40,292 bases of DNA from Planctomycetota bacterium (GCA_039818285.1 JBCBUE010000028.1:1-40292), one strand, 5' to 3'; positions 1 through 9,696 are shown, counted from the first letter of the stretch. The notes: generated by a model not told the origin, from the letters alone. Numbers and translations: made by a program.

Positions 1-129
1 CGCTCGAAGCGCGTGGCCACGGCGACCTCGTCGTATCGCACGGTGAAGCTGAACATGAACAGGCTCAAGGCCGCGACGATGATCACGGCGAGCAGGAAGG
101 AGAACGAGAAGAGCTTCTTGGGGTCCATG
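1..129 (-). CDS. SPFH/band-7 (HflC-like) protein, N-terminal fragment; gene continues beyond the window start
   Basis: Reverse complement from the ATG at 129..127 reads MDPKKLFSFSFLLAVIIVAALSLFMFSFTVRYDEVAVATRFER. That is the single TM anchor plus the start of an SPFH core typical of HflC/HflK N-termini. It lies 26 nt downstream of the stop of the preceding SPFH gene on the same strand. Confidence 0.5.
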
Positions 130-155
130 GCGGTAGTGCAGCGGGGTTGACCGGG

Positions 156-2261
156 TTACTCGGAGAAGATGCCCTGGAACGACCCGGTGGTGTCGTTGAG
201 GTCGAGGCGCATGGTGTCGGCCGCGGGGTCGGCGGAGTCGACGACGATCTTGCGGGTGTTGGCGAGGGACTGGGCGACCGCTTCGAGCAGGACACGGGCG
301 CGGTAGACGGAGGGGGCGGCCTCGTAGGCCGCGCGCTGGGCGGCGAAGCTGTCGGCGCGTGCCTGCTCGGAGAGGCCCTGCTGCCAGCGATAGGCGCGGG
401 CCTCCTGCAGGATGCGGGCGGCCTCGCCGCCGGCCGACTCGAGCAGGCCCTCGATCTGGGCCTCCTGCGCGGCGACGGCCTCGGTGGGCTCGTCGGCCTG
501 ACGCATGCGTTCGAGCTCGCTGATCGCCGAGGCGATGGTCAGGGCGCGGTCGCGCGAGCCGGCGACTTCGGCGAGGGTGGCGATCGCGTCCTTGCGGGCG
601 GTCTCGAGCGTGGCGGCGACCTCCTGGCGGACGCTGAGCTGGCTCATGAAGGCGTTGGCGACCTCCTCGTTGGTCGGCGGGCGGACGGCGGTGATCGAGG
701 CGTCGACGATCTCGATGCCCATGCCGCCGCGGCGGACGCCGTAGTCGTCGGCGGCCTGCTGGATGGCCGTGCGCAGGGTGTCGGCGGCGTCGCCGGCGGG
801 GTCGGCGAGCAGGTCGTTGATCTCGCGGCCGGCGGTGAAGTTGTTGAGCTGCTGAGAGGCGAGGTAGCCGAGGAGCTTGCCGGGGTTGGCCGAGGAGGTG
901 GCGTAGGCGATGACGCCGTCGCCGCCGGGGTCGGTGGGCTGCTTGACGCGGTAGCCGAGGGTCATGGTGATGCTGACGAGCTCGCCGGCGGCGGAGTCGG
1001 CGTTGCCGAGCTCGTCGACATCGGGCAGGGGGGTGGGGGCGGAGACGAAGAAGGTCTCGCCGGTGTCGTCGGTGACGCTGGACCAGAGCAGGGCGTTCTC
1101 GCCGTCGCTGGCGCCGACGAGCGAGCCGACGGTGAGTTGCTCGACGCGCGCGGCGTTGACGCGGTCGACGCCGCCGAAGGGCCAGGGCGCCTTGAAGTGC
1201 AGGCCGGGCCCGACGGGCTCGCCGACGATGGCGCCGTTGAGGGTGATGATCGCCCGCTGCTGGGGTTGGACGAGCACGAGGCAGGAGAGCAGCAGGAAGA
1301 CGGCGATGGCGACGATGCAAAGCGGCGAGACCAGCCGCGCGAGCAGCGAGAAGAACCACGACCGGCTGACCTCGAAGCCGAACTGGTAGTTGAGGGTCTC
1401 GCCGACGATCTTGCCGAGCGACTCGGGCCGGGTGAGCCAGCCGAGGACGCGGGAGTCGAAGGCGGGGCGGATGGCCTCGTCGGCCTTGCGCGGGCGGTAC
1501 AGGCCGAAGACGAAGCTGAGCAGGATCTCGAGGCCCTGCAGGGCCATGAGGACGGGGATGGCGATGGAGAGCGCGGCGAAGGCGGTGCGGTCCCCGCCTT
1601 GCCAGGACTGGATGAGGCAGGCGGCGGCGAGCAGGGCCATGGCGACGACGTCGCCGAGCAGGTAGCCGGCTCCGCCTCGGAGGGGCAGCCATGCCTTTTC
1701 CACAGTCATGCCGGCGACGTAGCGGGCGACCAGGAAGATGACCAGGCCGGCGCCGATGAACAGCCCGGCGAGCAGGGAGACGCGGGCTTGCTCGCTGATG
1801 GCCGCGTTGAGCAGTGGGGTGGGGTCGATCGGCTCGCCGGGTTCACGGGCGATGAGGCCGAAGTTCACCAGCGCGAGGGTGAGGCCCATGACGAGCAGGA
1901 ACGCGGCGGTGACGGCGGAGGTGGCACCCAGGCCCCAGGTGGTGAGGGAGTCGAGGCGACGCTTGGCGAGGCGGAGGTTCTGGCCTGCCTCGTCGAAGAG
2001 GGCGGCGGCCTGGGCGTCGTCGGCCGCGAGCTGCTCGGCCTCAAGGGCCTCGCGGCGTTCCTGGCCGTGGGCCTGGAAGAGGGCCCAGAGGACGAACCAG
2101 ATGGGGATGCCGCCGATGGCGTGCCAAGTGGCGGCGTGGATGGCGGCGGACTGGGCGTAGAGGCCGGCCAGGCCGATGACCACGGCCAGCAGGAGCTGGG
2201 CGAACAGCCCGACGAGGGCGGCGGAGGCGGCACGTTGGTAAGCCCGTTGGTCTAGCGACAT
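156..2261 (-). CDS. SPFH/band-7 domain membrane protein (HflK/HflC family) with a long polytopic N-terminal membrane extension
   Basis: 701-aa ORF. The C-terminal ~350 aa show the HflK/C pattern (GLHFKAPWPF...VDRV, then GIEIVDASI...PP..V..AF..ERE, then a coiled-coil Ala/Glu-rich tail ending KIVVD). The N-terminal ~330 aa are strongly hydrophobic with multiple predicted TM segments. ATG at 2261. Confidence 0.75.
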   Translation of the reverse strand: MSLDQRAYQRAASAALVGLFAQLLLAVVIGLAGLYAQSAAIHAATWHAIGGIPIWFVLWALFQAHGQERREALEAEQLAADDAQAAALFDEAGQNLRLAKRRLDSLTTWGLGATSAVTAAFLLVMGLTLALVNFGLIAREPGEPIDPTPLLNAAISEQARVSLLAGLFIGAGLVIFLVARYVAGMTVEKAWLPLRGGAGYLLGDVVAMALLAAACLIQSWQGGDRTAFAALSIAIPVLMALQGLEILLSFVFGLYRPRKADEAIRPAFDSRVLGWLTRPESLGKIVGETLNYQFGFEVSRSWFFSLLARLVSPLCIVAIAVFLLLSCLVLVQPQQRAIITLNGAIVGEPVGPGLHFKAPWPFGGVDRVNAARVEQLTVGSLVGASDGENALLWSSVTDDTGETFFVSAPTPLPDVDELGNADSAAGELVSITMTLGYRVKQPTDPGGDGVIAYATSSANPGKLLGYLASQQLNNFTAGREINDLLADPAGDAADTLRTAIQQAADDYGVRRGGMGIEIVDASITAVRPPTNEEVANAFMSQLSVRQEVAATLETARKDAIATLAEVAGSRDRALTIASAISELERMRQADEPTEAVAAQEAQIEGLLESAGGEAARILQEARAYRWQQGLSEQARADSFAAQRAAYEAAPSVYRARVLLEAVAQSLANTRKIVVDSADPAADTMRLDLNDTTGSFQGIFSE

Positions 2262-2421
2262 GCTCTCTGATCCGCGAACGCGGCGTGGCAGAATCGGTCT
2301 TCCCCGCCGGCCGACGAACGCCGACCGGCTGGCCCGCTCAACTTAAGCGAGCCGCACATCGTATCCCAACGTACCATCCCTCTCCCGTTTCGGTTCGATC
2401 GATCCTCCGCCCGCCGCCTGC

Positions 2422-3492
2422 TTGATGTTTCGACAGCTGCTCACCATCGCCGGAAACACCTATATCGAGGCGATCCGCCAGCCTGTTTTTGCGGTGCTTT
2501 TGCTGGTCGGCGTGCTGGGGATGATCCTGAACGTCAACCTCGCGGCCTACACGCTGGAGAGCGACAACAAGCTGATGGTCGACCTGGGCCTGAGCACGAT
2601 TTTCGTGGTCGGGCTTCTGATCGGGGCGTTCACGGCCACGGGGGTGGTGTCCGAGGAGATCGAGAATCGAACGGCGCTCACCGTCGTCTCCAAGCCCGTT
2701 CCCCGGCCGGTGTTCGTGCTGGGCAAGTACCTGGGCGTGGCGATGGCGCTGGGGCTGGGCAACGTGGTGGTCTGCACCAGCTTCCTGATGACGCTCCGCC
2801 ACGGGGTGCAGCAGACGGCCCGGGACGACGTGGACTTCCCGGTGGTCCTGCTGGGCCTGGGGGCGGTGGCGGCGGCGATCGCGTTCGCGGCCTGGACGAA
2901 CTATCACCTGCGCTGGGTCTTTACCAGCACGTTCGCCCACGCGGCGGCGATCGGCGGGGTGGTCGCCTATCTGCTGGTGCTCGTCATCGACAAGGACTTT
3001 GCGCTGCAGTCGCCGCTGGCCGAGTTCACGGACTCGGACTTCGACCTGGTGCAGATCGGCATCGGTCTGATCCTGCTGTTCCAGGCGCAGCTGCTGTTGG
3101 CCGCGGTCGCGGTGGCGGTGTCGACGCGGTTGGGGCAGGTGATGACGATTGTCATTTCGGCGGGCGTGTTTTTCGTGGGTCTGATCGGCAATTCGCTCAA
3201 CGCGATCACCGACGAGCGGCTGGACATCCCGGCCGGCGTCGGGCTGTTCCCGAGCTTCTGGGTCGTGTTGACGGCCGAGGCGCCGATGCTGAATCGCCTG
3301 TTGTTCGTGCTGGCCAAGGGGCTGTACCTGGTGCTGCCGAACCTTCAGTTTCTCTGGCCGGCGGACGCGATTTCGGAGGGCAACCCGTTCACGCTGACCT
3401 ACCTGGCGAGCTGCACGCTGTACACGACGCTGTATGGGGCGGCCGTGCTGGCGATCGCGGTGCTGCTGTTCCAGCGGCGCGAGGTGGGCTGA
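2422..3492 (+). CDS. ABC-2 family transporter permease-like integral membrane protein
   Basis: 356-aa ORF with ~6 hydrophobic helices. The N-terminus (TYIEAIRQPVFAVLLLVGVLGMILNV) resembles ABC-2/GldF-type permeases. No ATPase partner is present in the window. Confidence 0.55.
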   Translation: MMFRQLLTIAGNTYIEAIRQPVFAVLLLVGVLGMILNVNLAAYTLESDNKLMVDLGLSTIFVVGLLIGAFTATGVVSEEIENRTALTVVSKPVPRPVFVLGKYLGVAMALGLGNVVVCTSFLMTLRHGVQQTARDDVDFPVVLLGLGAVAAAIAFAAWTNYHLRWVFTSTFAHAAAIGGVVAYLLVLVIDKDFALQSPLAEFTDSDFDLVQIGIGLILLFQAQLLLAAVAVAVSTRLGQVMTIVISAGVFFVGLIGNSLNAITDERLDIPAGVGLFPSFWVVLTAEAPMLNRLLFVLAKGLYLVLPNLQFLWPADAISEGNPFTLTYLASCTLYTTLYGAAVLAIAVLLFQRREVG

Positions 3493-3510
3493 CCGACGAC
3501 CGACCGGGAC

Positions 3511-3542
3511 GCAAAAAAAAAGCATCGGCGGAGAGCCGATGC
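3511..3542 (-). terminator. Rho-independent terminator of the small minus-strand membrane gene
   Basis: GCATCGG/CCGATGC stem (3522-3528/3536-3542). On the minus strand it is followed by a run of 9 U (plus-strand A-run 3513-3521). It sits 33 nt downstream of the stop at 3575, between convergent genes. Confidence 0.7.
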
Positions 3543-3574
3543 TCGTGAGGAATTGAGGTGGATGGGCGGTCGAT

Positions 3575-3886
3575 TCAGGCGGCCTCGGCGAGCGCCGGGG
3601 CGGGCTGCGGCTCGGTCGTCTCGGCCTGCCTGGTGCGGGCGGCGGCGAGGCCGCGGTTGATCGCGGCGACGGCGGCGACGGCGACGACGCCGGTCCAGAC
3701 CAGCAGGTTGGCCGCGAGGAAGGCGATCCAGATGCGGGCGATGACGCCGATGCCAGGCAGGGCGAGCAGGGCAACGGGGACGAGCACGACGAACGCGACG
3801 CCGATGGCCTTGAGCACGCGGTGCAGGTTGGTGTCGTCGAACTCGACGGCGTCGGGGTTGGCGGGGCTGGTGTTTACTTCGGTCAT
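3575..3886 (-). CDS. small integral membrane protein, function unknown
   Basis: 103-aa ORF with two hydrophobic helices. A canonical AAGGAG SD lies 9 nt upstream of the ATG at 3886, and a clean intrinsic terminator lies downstream. Confidence 0.6.
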   Translation of the reverse strand: MTEVNTSPANPDAVEFDDTNLHRVLKAIGVAFVVLVPVALLALPGIGVIARIWIAFLAANLLVWTGVVAVAAVAAINRGLAAARTRQAETTEPQPAPALAEAA

Positions 3887-4105
3887 GGCACTGACTCCTT
3901 GGGCGGGCCCGATCTGCCGACCGGGAAGGTGTGGCGTGATCCGATCTCTAGGACCACCGTAGGCGGGACCCCCGGCGATCGGGGGCGAAAGGGGGCTGCC
4001 GTGGCAGTAGACCGCAGGCCTGCGATCCAGCTACGACATCGGCAGTGATGATAGCCGTTCTTCAATCCCTGGCAATGACCTCGGGCGGGGATCCGGCGGC
4101 CGATT

Positions 4106-5113
4106 TCAAGCCGACGCGCGGGCCAGCCGGTCGTTGATCGCCCGGCCCAGGCCGGCGTCTTCGACGCGGATCGCGACAATCTGACCGGCGTCGCTCGCGT
4201 CGAGCTCCCGCATCGCCTCGAACAGCCGGGCGGCCATTTCCGCGGCGCGGTCCGCGGCCCCGAGCGTGGCGGCCGTGGCGAAGCCCTCGCCGAGCGTGGC
4301 GACCGCCTCGTCGCTGCCGAGCAGGGCGACTCGTTGGCGTTGGTCCGCCGTGAGCTCTTTGGCTTGAGCTTCGGTCATCAGGCGCAGCGGCGTCCTCGGG
4401 GCGTAGTGCCGATCGAGCAGGCCCGGGGACTCGGCGGGCTCGGCGGAGCCCGGTTGGCTGGTCGCCGCCCGCACGCGCGGGGTCTGGCCGATCACCGCTT
4501 CGATCGCCTCGAGCGTAACCGCCCCAAGGCGCAGGACCTCGGGCGGCTCGCCCTCGAGCACCCGCACGACCGTGCTCTCCAGCCCCCGCTCGGACGGCCT
4601 GCCGTCGAGCACGAGCAGGTCGGCGTCGGCGAACTCGTCGGAGACGTGGCCCGCCCGCGTCGGGCTGATCGCCCCGAACCGGTTCGCGCTCGGCGCCGCC
4701 AGCGGCCCGCCAAACGCCCGCAGCAGCGTGTTCGCCACCGGGTGACTCGGGCACCGCACGGCCACCGTCGGCAGGCCGCTGGTCGCGAGGTCGGGCACGC
4801 CGTCTCGACGCCGCGCGACCAGCGTGATCGGCCCCGGCCACATCGCCTCGGCCAGGCGCCGGCCCGCGTCGCTCATCCCCTCGGCGATGTCGTGCCAGCC
4901 CGCCGGCTCGGCGACGTGCAGGATCAACGGGTCGAACCGCGGGCGTCGCTTGAGGTCGAACACGCCGGCCAGGGCGCGCTCGTCGAGCCCATCGGCGGCC
5001 AGGCCGTAGACCGTCTCGGTCGGCATGGCCACGGGCTGGCCGGCGCGCAGAAGATCGACCGCGGCGTCGATCGACGCGGGCAGGGTGCCGTCGAGGACGG
5101 TCGGCGTGGGCAT
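4106..5113 (-). CDS. tsaC: L-threonylcarbamoyladenylate synthase (Sua5/YwlC/YrdC family, with Sua5 C-terminal domain)
   Basis: 335 aa; PTETVYGLAADG motif and a YrdC-like core plus a C-terminal Sua5 domain. Confidence 0.9.
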   Translation of the reverse strand: MPTPTVLDGTLPASIDAAVDLLRAGQPVAMPTETVYGLAADGLDERALAGVFDLKRRPRFDPLILHVAEPAGWHDIAEGMSDAGRRLAEAMWPGPITLVARRRDGVPDLATSGLPTVAVRCPSHPVANTLLRAFGGPLAAPSANRFGAISPTRAGHVSDEFADADLLVLDGRPSERGLESTVVRVLEGEPPEVLRLGAVTLEAIEAVIGQTPRVRAATSQPGSAEPAESPGLLDRHYAPRTPLRLMTEAQAKELTADQRQRVALLGSDEAVATLGEGFATAATLGAADRAAEMAARLFEAMRELDASDAGQIVAIRVEDAGLGRAINDRLARASA

Positions 5114-5137
5114 GGCGCGAGCCTAGCCGAGACGCGT

Positions 5138-6064
5138 TTAGAGAGAGGCGTCGGCCGGGGCGGTCTCGGCGGCGGGCGGGTTTGGCGTCGACGGTGCGTC
5201 GCCGGGCCGCCACGCGGCGATCGACGCGGCCAGCGCGGCGTAGTCGGTCGCGCCGTGGCAGGTCTGGTCGTAGGAAAAGATCGACTGGCCGAACGACGGC
5301 GCCTCGGCGAGCTTGACGTTGCGCCGAACCGGCGGGTCGAACACGACCGCGTCGGCCCAGGGCGTGTCGGTGCCGCGGGCCCCGCCGAGGAAGCGCTCCA
5401 GGTCGGCCCGCACCTCGCCGGCCAGCAGCGTCTGCCGGTCGTGCATGCACAGCACCACGCCGGCCACCTTCAACGCCGGGTTGAGCCCGCCTCGGATCAT
5501 CGCCACCGTCTCGAACAGCTTGCCCAGCCCCTGCAACGCCAGGAAGTGGGCCTGCATCGGCACGACGACCTCGGTCGCCATCGCCAACGCGTTGACGGTC
5601 AGCACGCCGAGGCTCGGCGGGCAGTCGATCAGCACGTAGTCGAACTGATTGATCACGTCCCGGCAGCGATCGCGCAGCAGCGTCTGCGCACGACCGTCTC
5701 GCGTGTCCTCGGCCAGCTCGGACTCCACGCCGGCCAGAGACGTCTCGGCCGGCATCAGCCCCAGCCCGTCGCTCAGCCGGTAGACGGCCTGGGCCGCGAC
5801 GGTCTGCGGGTCGGTCAGCAGGTCGTAGAGCGTGCGTTCGATACGCTCGGGGTCGAGGCCGGCGTGCAGCGAGAGGTGGGCCTGGGGGTCGAGGTCCATC
5901 AGGAGCACCGACCGGCCCGAGCGCTGCAGCGCGGCGGCGACGTTGACGGCCGTGGTCGTCTTGCCGACGCCGCCTTTCTGGTTGATCAGCGCGATCACCC
6001 GCGCGGCGTCGTGGTCGAGCGGGGTCGAAGCGTCGTGTTGGAGGGGGTCGCTTCCCTGCGACAT
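5138..6064 (-). CDS. ParA/Soj-family P-loop ATPase (orphan, no parB nearby)
   Basis: Deviant Walker A (KGGVGKTTTAVNVAAAL) ~25 aa after the MSQGSDP start. The ORF track extends the frame further upstream, but I place the start at the ATG 6064..6062 (Met135 of that ORF). Confidence 0.8.
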   Translation of the reverse strand: MSQGSDPLQHDASTPLDHDAARVIALINQKGGVGKTTTAVNVAAALQRSGRSVLLMDLDPQAHLSLHAGLDPERIERTLYDLLTDPQTVAAQAVYRLSDGLGLMPAETSLAGVESELAEDTRDGRAQTLLRDRCRDVINQFDYVLIDCPPSLGVLTVNALAMATEVVVPMQAHFLALQGLGKLFETVAMIRGGLNPALKVAGVVLCMHDRQTLLAGEVRADLERFLGGARGTDTPWADAVVFDPPVRRNVKLAEAPSFGQSIFSYDQTCHGATDYAALAASIAAWRPGDAPSTPNPPAAETAPADASL

Positions 6065-6130
6065 GGCCCGAGTATACGGTCGGCCAGCCCGGCGGGCCGC
6101 GCGGATCGGTCGAGGGGCTACATTGCCGAC

Positions 6131-6640
6131 GTGTACACGGTCACGTGCCCGTCCTGCGGATTCGCCATCGAGTTGCCTTTCGCCCGGCGTGGCGCGGCAG
6201 GCCGTTGCCCCGCCTGCAAGAAAGTCGTCCCCGTCGACGACGCCACCCTCCGCGTTGGCAACGCCCATCCGTCCGCGGCGGCCGCGCCCAGCCCGCAGAT
6301 CGCCCCCGAGACGCCCGACCTCGACCCCGAGGGCAACGTCGTCGGCCTGTCGGGCCTGTCCAACCTGCTGGAGCGCACGGCCGGGCGTCGTGGCACAACG
6401 CCCAAGCCCCCGGCCGCGCCCGCCCGTCGCCCCACGGCCAGCCCGCCCCCCGCCATGCCTCGGCACGCGCTGCTGATCGTCGTCGTCGCCGTCGCGACCG
6501 TGGGCCTGCTCGGCCTGGCCATCTGGTACATCACCCTGCCCAATCGCCGGGTGGCCACGCCGCCGCCCATCACCGCTCCCGACGCCGCGCCGCCCGTCGA
6601 GCCGGACGCCAGCGACGGCGGGGACGCCTTGCTAGATTGA
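6131..6640 (+). CDS. zinc-ribbon (CPSCG...CPACKK) single-pass membrane protein, Pro/Ala-rich
   Basis: Tail of the long + ORF 4334..6640. It has a CxxC-x15-CxxC ribbon, a Pro-rich linker, and the TM helix ALLIVVVAVATVGLLGLAIWYITL. The start is uncertain: GTG 6131 is the first canonical start that keeps the ribbon. It is divergent from parA. Confidence 0.5.
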   Translation: MYTVTCPSCGFAIELPFARRGAAGRCPACKKVVPVDDATLRVGNAHPSAAAAPSPQIAPETPDLDPEGNVVGLSGLSNLLERTAGRRGTTPKPPAAPARRPTASPPPAMPRHALLIVVVAVATVGLLGLAIWYITLPNRRVATPPPITAPDAAPPVEPDASDGGDALLD

Positions 6641-6707
6641 CGCGTTGGCGGCGTTGTGACGCCGTGACGCGCGGCCCGGGGCCGCGATCCTCCCCGCGCC
6701 CGACCGC

Positions 6708-7913
6708 ATGTTCTTTTTCCCGCTGCGCACCGACCGTCTGCTCGCGTCGATCCCTTGGCTGAACTACGCGCTCATCGCGGTCAACGTCCTGGTCTTCCTG
6801 CTCACCGCCACCCAGGTCGCCGAGGCTCATCACCTCGCCGTCGCGATCAACCAGGCCACCGACTTCACCCAGCAGGTGCAGCTGCGGCTGGCCCTCGACG
6901 AGCTGTGGGTCCGCGACCTCTACCTCGACCCTCAGCAGCCGCGGCTGTTCCAGTTCTTCACCTATCAGTTTCTCCACGCCGACGTCTGGCACCTGCTAGG
7001 CAACATGGTGTTCCTGTTCGTCTTCGGCAACTCCGTCGAAGACCGACTCGGCAAGGTCGGCTACCTCGCGTTCTACACCGCCGCCGGCGTGCTCGCGGGC
7101 CTGGCCCACATCACCTTCGACATCACCCCCATCCTCGGGGCCTCCGGCGCGATCGCCGGCGTCACCGGCGCGTACCTGGCGCTGTTCCCCTCGTCCAACG
7201 TGACGATCTTTTACTGGGTGCTCCTGGCGGTCGGCACGTTCGAGGTCAGCTCGGTCGTGCTCATCCTCTTCCGCGTCGCGCAGGACCTGGTCTTCCAGCT
7301 CTGGGGCTTTGGCGGCACGGCCTATCTCGCGCACCTCGCCGGCTACCTCATGGGCTTTGCCGTCGGCATGGGACTGCTGGCGACGCGCGTGCTGCCCCGG
7401 GAGCCGTACGACCTGATCTCAATGATGGAACGCCGGCACCGGCGCGGCGTGTTCCAGCGCATGGTCAAGCGGGGCCACCGCCCCTGGGAGCACCAGCCCG
7501 AGGCGGCCGCCGACCTGCCCGTTAAGCCGACCCCGCCCGAGGTCCTCGCCCGCCGGGCCGACGTCGATGCCGCCCTGCAGCTTCACGACCTGCCCGCCGC
7601 CGCCGAGGCCTACCGCCAGCTCGTCGCGCTCGACGAAGACCAGGTCATGGCTCAGCAGGCCCAGCTCGACCTGGCCAACCACTTCATGGCCGACGGCGAC
7701 CACGCCGAGGCCGCCCGCGCTTATGAGGGCTTCCTCCGCGTCCACCGCACCTACGCCGACAAGCCCCGCGTGCAGCTGATCCTCGGCCTCATCTACGCCC
7801 GCTACCTCGCCCAACGCGACCGCGCCCGCCAGCTCCTCGAAGAAGCCGTGCAACGCCTCGCCGGCGACGACCGCGACCTGGCGCGCCACACCCTCGCCCA
7901 ACTCGGGGGCTGA
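6708..7913 (+). CDS. rhomboid-family intramembrane serine protease with a C-terminal TPR-like soluble extension
   Basis: Catalytic GASGAIAG serine motif and downstream His in TM helices. The C-terminal ~170 aa are helical repeats. Confidence 0.85.
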   Translation: MFFFPLRTDRLLASIPWLNYALIAVNVLVFLLTATQVAEAHHLAVAINQATDFTQQVQLRLALDELWVRDLYLDPQQPRLFQFFTYQFLHADVWHLLGNMVFLFVFGNSVEDRLGKVGYLAFYTAAGVLAGLAHITFDITPILGASGAIAGVTGAYLALFPSSNVTIFYWVLLAVGTFEVSSVVLILFRVAQDLVFQLWGFGGTAYLAHLAGYLMGFAVGMGLLATRVLPREPYDLISMMERRHRRGVFQRMVKRGHRPWEHQPEAAADLPVKPTPPEVLARRADVDAALQLHDLPAAAEAYRQLVALDEDQVMAQQAQLDLANHFMADGDHAEAARAYEGFLRVHRTYADKPRVQLILGLIYARYLAQRDRARQLLEEAVQRLAGDDRDLARHTLAQLGG

Positions 7914-8026
7914 CCGCACGACCCCGCCTCGGCCCGCTACATTGCCGCTCCCAAGCCGCGGCCGACCGCAGCGACGCCGCGGGTCGTGACCCGCAACCCA
8001 CCCCAGCCCACCCCGAGAGCACCACG

Positions 8027-9232
8027 ATGTCCATCTCCGGCAACGCCGTCGTCGGCCAGTCCGGCGGCCCCACCGCCGTCATCAATCAGTCCATGGTCGG
8101 CGTCGTCGAGGGCCTCCGCGCCCACGGCAACGGCAACGTCGCCAAGATCCTCGGCGCCAAGCACGCCGTCGCCGGCATCGTCAAGTCCGATTTCATCGAC
8201 CTCACCGACACGCCCCAGGCCACGCTCGATCTCGTCGCCGGCACCCCCTCCTCCGCCCTCGGCTCGTCCCGCGACAAGCCCGACGCCGCCTACTGCGAGC
8301 GCATCTTCGAGGCCTTCGAGAAAAACGACGTCCGCTACTTCTTCTACATCGGCGGCAACGACTCATCCGACACCTGCCGCATCGTCAACGAGGTCGCCAA
8401 GTCCAAGGGCTACGACCTCCGCGCCTATCACGTCCCCAAGACCATCGACAACGACCTGATGGTCAACGACCACACTCCCGGCTTCGGCTCGGCCGCCAAG
8501 TTTGTCGCCCAGGCCCTCATGGGCGACAACCTCGACAACAAGGCCCTGCCCGGCGTCAAGGTCGACATCATCATGGGCCGACACGCCGGCTTCCTCACCG
8601 CCGCCAGCATGCTCGGCCGCCAGGACGCGACCGACGGCCCGCACCTGATCTACGTCCCCGAGGCCCCGCTCTCCATCGACAAGCTCATGAGCGACGTCGA
8701 CCGCATCTACAAGGCACAAGGCCGCTGCCTCATCGCCATGAGCGAGGGCGTCCACGACGCCGACGGCACGCCGCTGGCCGCGAAGCTCGCCGAGGAGTCG
8801 GGCACCGAGATCGAGAAAGACTCCCACGGCAACATCCAGCTCTCCGGCTCGGGCGCCCTGGGCGACTTCATCTCCACCGCCATCAAGACCAAGCTCGGCA
8901 TCAAGCGCGTCCGCGCTGACACGCTGGGCTACATGCAGCGCTCTTTCGCCGGCTGCGTCTCGGCGTCCGACGCCGCCGAGGCCCGCGCCGCCGGCTACAA
9001 GGCCGCCGAGCTCGCCTGCACCGGCGAGCATTCCGATGGCTCGATCGCCATGCTCCGCACCGACGACCCGTACGCCATGCGGTACGAGCGCATCGAGATC
9101 AGCGACATCGCCGCCAAGACCAAGCACCTCGACACCAAGTACGTCGTCGACGGCTGCGACATCGACGAGAGCTTCCGCGCCTACGCCGCACCGATCGTGG
9201 GTGATCTCCCGCCGGTGGGCAAGCTGTTCTGA
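8027..9232 (+). CDS. pfk: 6-phosphofructokinase, PfkA family (likely PPi-dependent type)
   Basis: N-terminal GGPTAVINQS, FFYIGGNDS (a variant of GGDGS), and ~400 aa length are typical of PPi-PFK-like enzymes. Confidence 0.88.
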   Translation: MSISGNAVVGQSGGPTAVINQSMVGVVEGLRAHGNGNVAKILGAKHAVAGIVKSDFIDLTDTPQATLDLVAGTPSSALGSSRDKPDAAYCERIFEAFEKNDVRYFFYIGGNDSSDTCRIVNEVAKSKGYDLRAYHVPKTIDNDLMVNDHTPGFGSAAKFVAQALMGDNLDNKALPGVKVDIIMGRHAGFLTAASMLGRQDATDGPHLIYVPEAPLSIDKLMSDVDRIYKAQGRCLIAMSEGVHDADGTPLAAKLAEESGTEIEKDSHGNIQLSGSGALGDFISTAIKTKLGIKRVRADTLGYMQRSFAGCVSASDAAEARAAGYKAAELACTGEHSDGSIAMLRTDDPYAMRYERIEISDIAAKTKHLDTKYVVDGCDIDESFRAYAAPIVGDLPPVGKLF

Positions 9233-9696
9233 TGCCCAGCACGCGACCCGTCAGCATCCGGCCCGCCGTCGCCGACGACCTGCCCGCGATGGCGGCTCTC
9301 CTGGCGGCGCTGTTCGCCCAGGAGCACGAGTTCGCGCCGGACCCCGACAAGCAGATCGCCGGCCTGCAAGCCATCCTCGACGACCCCCGCGTCGGCCAAC
9401 TCCTCGTCGCCGAGCTCGACCGGCAGGTCGTGGGCGTGGTCAACCTGCTGTGGATCGTCTCGACCGCGATCGGTGGCCCGGCGGCGATCCTTGAAGACTT
9501 CGTGGTCGACCCCGCCCGGCGTGGCCACGGGATCGGCTCACGCCTGCTCGACGAGGCGGTCCGTGTCGCGACCGAGGCGGGCTGCGGACGTCTCGCGCTG
9601 TTGACCGACCACGACAACGCCCCCGCCCAACGCCTCTACGAACGTCACGGCTTCGCCCGCTCGACCATGCTCGCGATGTCCCGGCCATTGCCCTAG
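9232..9696 (+). CDS. GNAT family N-acetyltransferase
   Basis: 154 aa with an acetyl-CoA binding motif (RRGHGIGSRLL, YERHGF). Its ATG overlaps the pfk stop (TGATG). Confidence 0.85.
   Translation: MPSTRPVSIRPAVADDLPAMAALLAALFAQEHEFAPDPDKQIAGLQAILDDPRVGQLLVAELDRQVVGVVNLLWIVSTAIGGPAAILEDFVVDPARRGHGIGSRLLDEAVRVATEAGCGRLALLTDHDNAPAQRLYERHGFARSTMLAMSRPLP

Noticed and set aside
147-2255. 702-aa plus-strand ORF antisense to the SPFH gene. Similar long ORFs occur at 2338..3774(-), 4062..5450(-), 4334..6131(+), 14989..16767(+), 16646..18298(+), 19443..20633(+), 20680..21774(+) and 23004..25307(-).
   Set aside because: Gly/Arg/Pro/Ala-rich low-complexity translations are typical of open antisense frames in 70% GC DNA. 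Each overlaps a gene with clear homology on the other strand.
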